The notes below the pieces were generated by a model. It did not search any database, was not told where the DNA came from, and saw nothing but the letters and a program-made list of their open reading frames with translations. From a virus, in the IMG/VR virus record IMGVR_UViG_3300018080_000116, positions 74,193 through 138,192 of that record: a stretch of 64,000 nucleotides of DNA. One strand, given 5' to 3'. Shown piece after piece: positions 63,493 through 64,000 of this stretch (positions within the stretch are counted from its first letter, which is position 1; every line of letters begins with the position of its first letter). The position numbers and the translations under genes are program-made.

Positions 63493-64000
63493 ATGCCGAA
63501 CATTGATGCAATATCCGATGTCCTCTACGAGGCGATGCAGCCCTATTACGTAGATTTTGACAATCTACCGTTGAAGAATATCCTATTCCGGCAGGGCCTC
63601 ATCAACTCTGTTGTGGACAGCAATACCATTCTTGTCCAATCCGCCAAGGGCAGCACCAATTCCATTGCCGACCGTCTTGCCGAATCTTTGGAGGATGACG
63701 GATCGATTAAAACGGAAGCTGTAGACGACATCCTCCACAATATCGGAGCCCATACTGACGGCGAGGGTTTAGACGAGCTTGGTGATACCATAGATTTCGT
63801 CCGCATGAAGTCTTCCGAAAGAGACAAATTGGATCTCGTCTCCGATGAAGCCACCGCTTTGCAGATCCAAGTGGAAACGCCTTCCACAGACATCTTGTTT
63901 GACGATGACCTGATTCAGGTTGTGGCATCAGACACAATTACCTGGACTGTGGAAGGTTCAATGGGCAATCAACGGGTTAAAGCTCACATGAATTTCCCGC
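63493..64000 (+). CDS. putative virion structural protein (partial, runs off the window)
   Basis: MPNIDAISDVLY...DNLPLKNIL; AAGGAG RBS; no stop before the window end. Confidence 0.7.
   Translation, partial: MPNIDAISDVLYEAMQPYYVDFDNLPLKNILFRQGLINSVVDSNTILVQSAKGSTNSIADRLAESLEDDGSIKTEAVDDILHNIGAHTDGEGLDELGDTIDFVRMKSSERDKLDLVSDEATALQIQVETPSTDILFDDDLIQVVASDTITWTVEGSMGNQRVKAHMNFP

Noticed and set aside
1-64000. Genome-wide TAG recoding (code 15)
   Set aside because: Long genes, including the 3833-aa tape measure, are intact under code 11, and several genes end cleanly at TAG.
1-64000. IS elements, integrase, introns or inteins in coding genes
   Set aside because: No transposase, tyrosine/serine recombinase, HNH/LAGLIDADG or intein motifs were recognised.

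Overview
This window is part of a large contractile-tailed (T4-like, jumbo-type) bacteriophage genome. A Planctomycetota-like host is suggested by Tat-type leaders, a csrA copy and the high-GC early genes, but that is inference only. (1) 1-10.55 kb: a GC-richer, all + strand 'early' block. It has about 20 small genes (ArdC, a possible SAM lyase, Zn-finger proteins), nine copies of a CCGAAC-N16/17-TGTATAAG promoter, and a ~570-nt non-coding locus of aberrant tRNA-like folds. (2) 10.55-12.45 kb: a largely non-coding control region with perfect hairpins and repeated 27-bp dyads. (3) 12.8-37.5 kb: a mostly - strand accessory block with a methyltransferase, three phosphatase classes, CsrA, ClpP, Hsp20, glycosyltransferases and a CCA-adding enzyme. 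(4) 37.6-64 kb: + strand morphogenesis genes (3833-aa tape measure, hub, spike, gp25, gp6/J, wedge, a SET-domain gene). The most striking observation is nine genes at 17.1-27.6 kb with twin-arginine (Tat) leaders. Several of their cargoes look, by eye, like degenerate copies of core phage proteins (helicase, prohead protease, tail tube, possibly sheath and baseplate). All homology calls were made by motif recognition without database searches.
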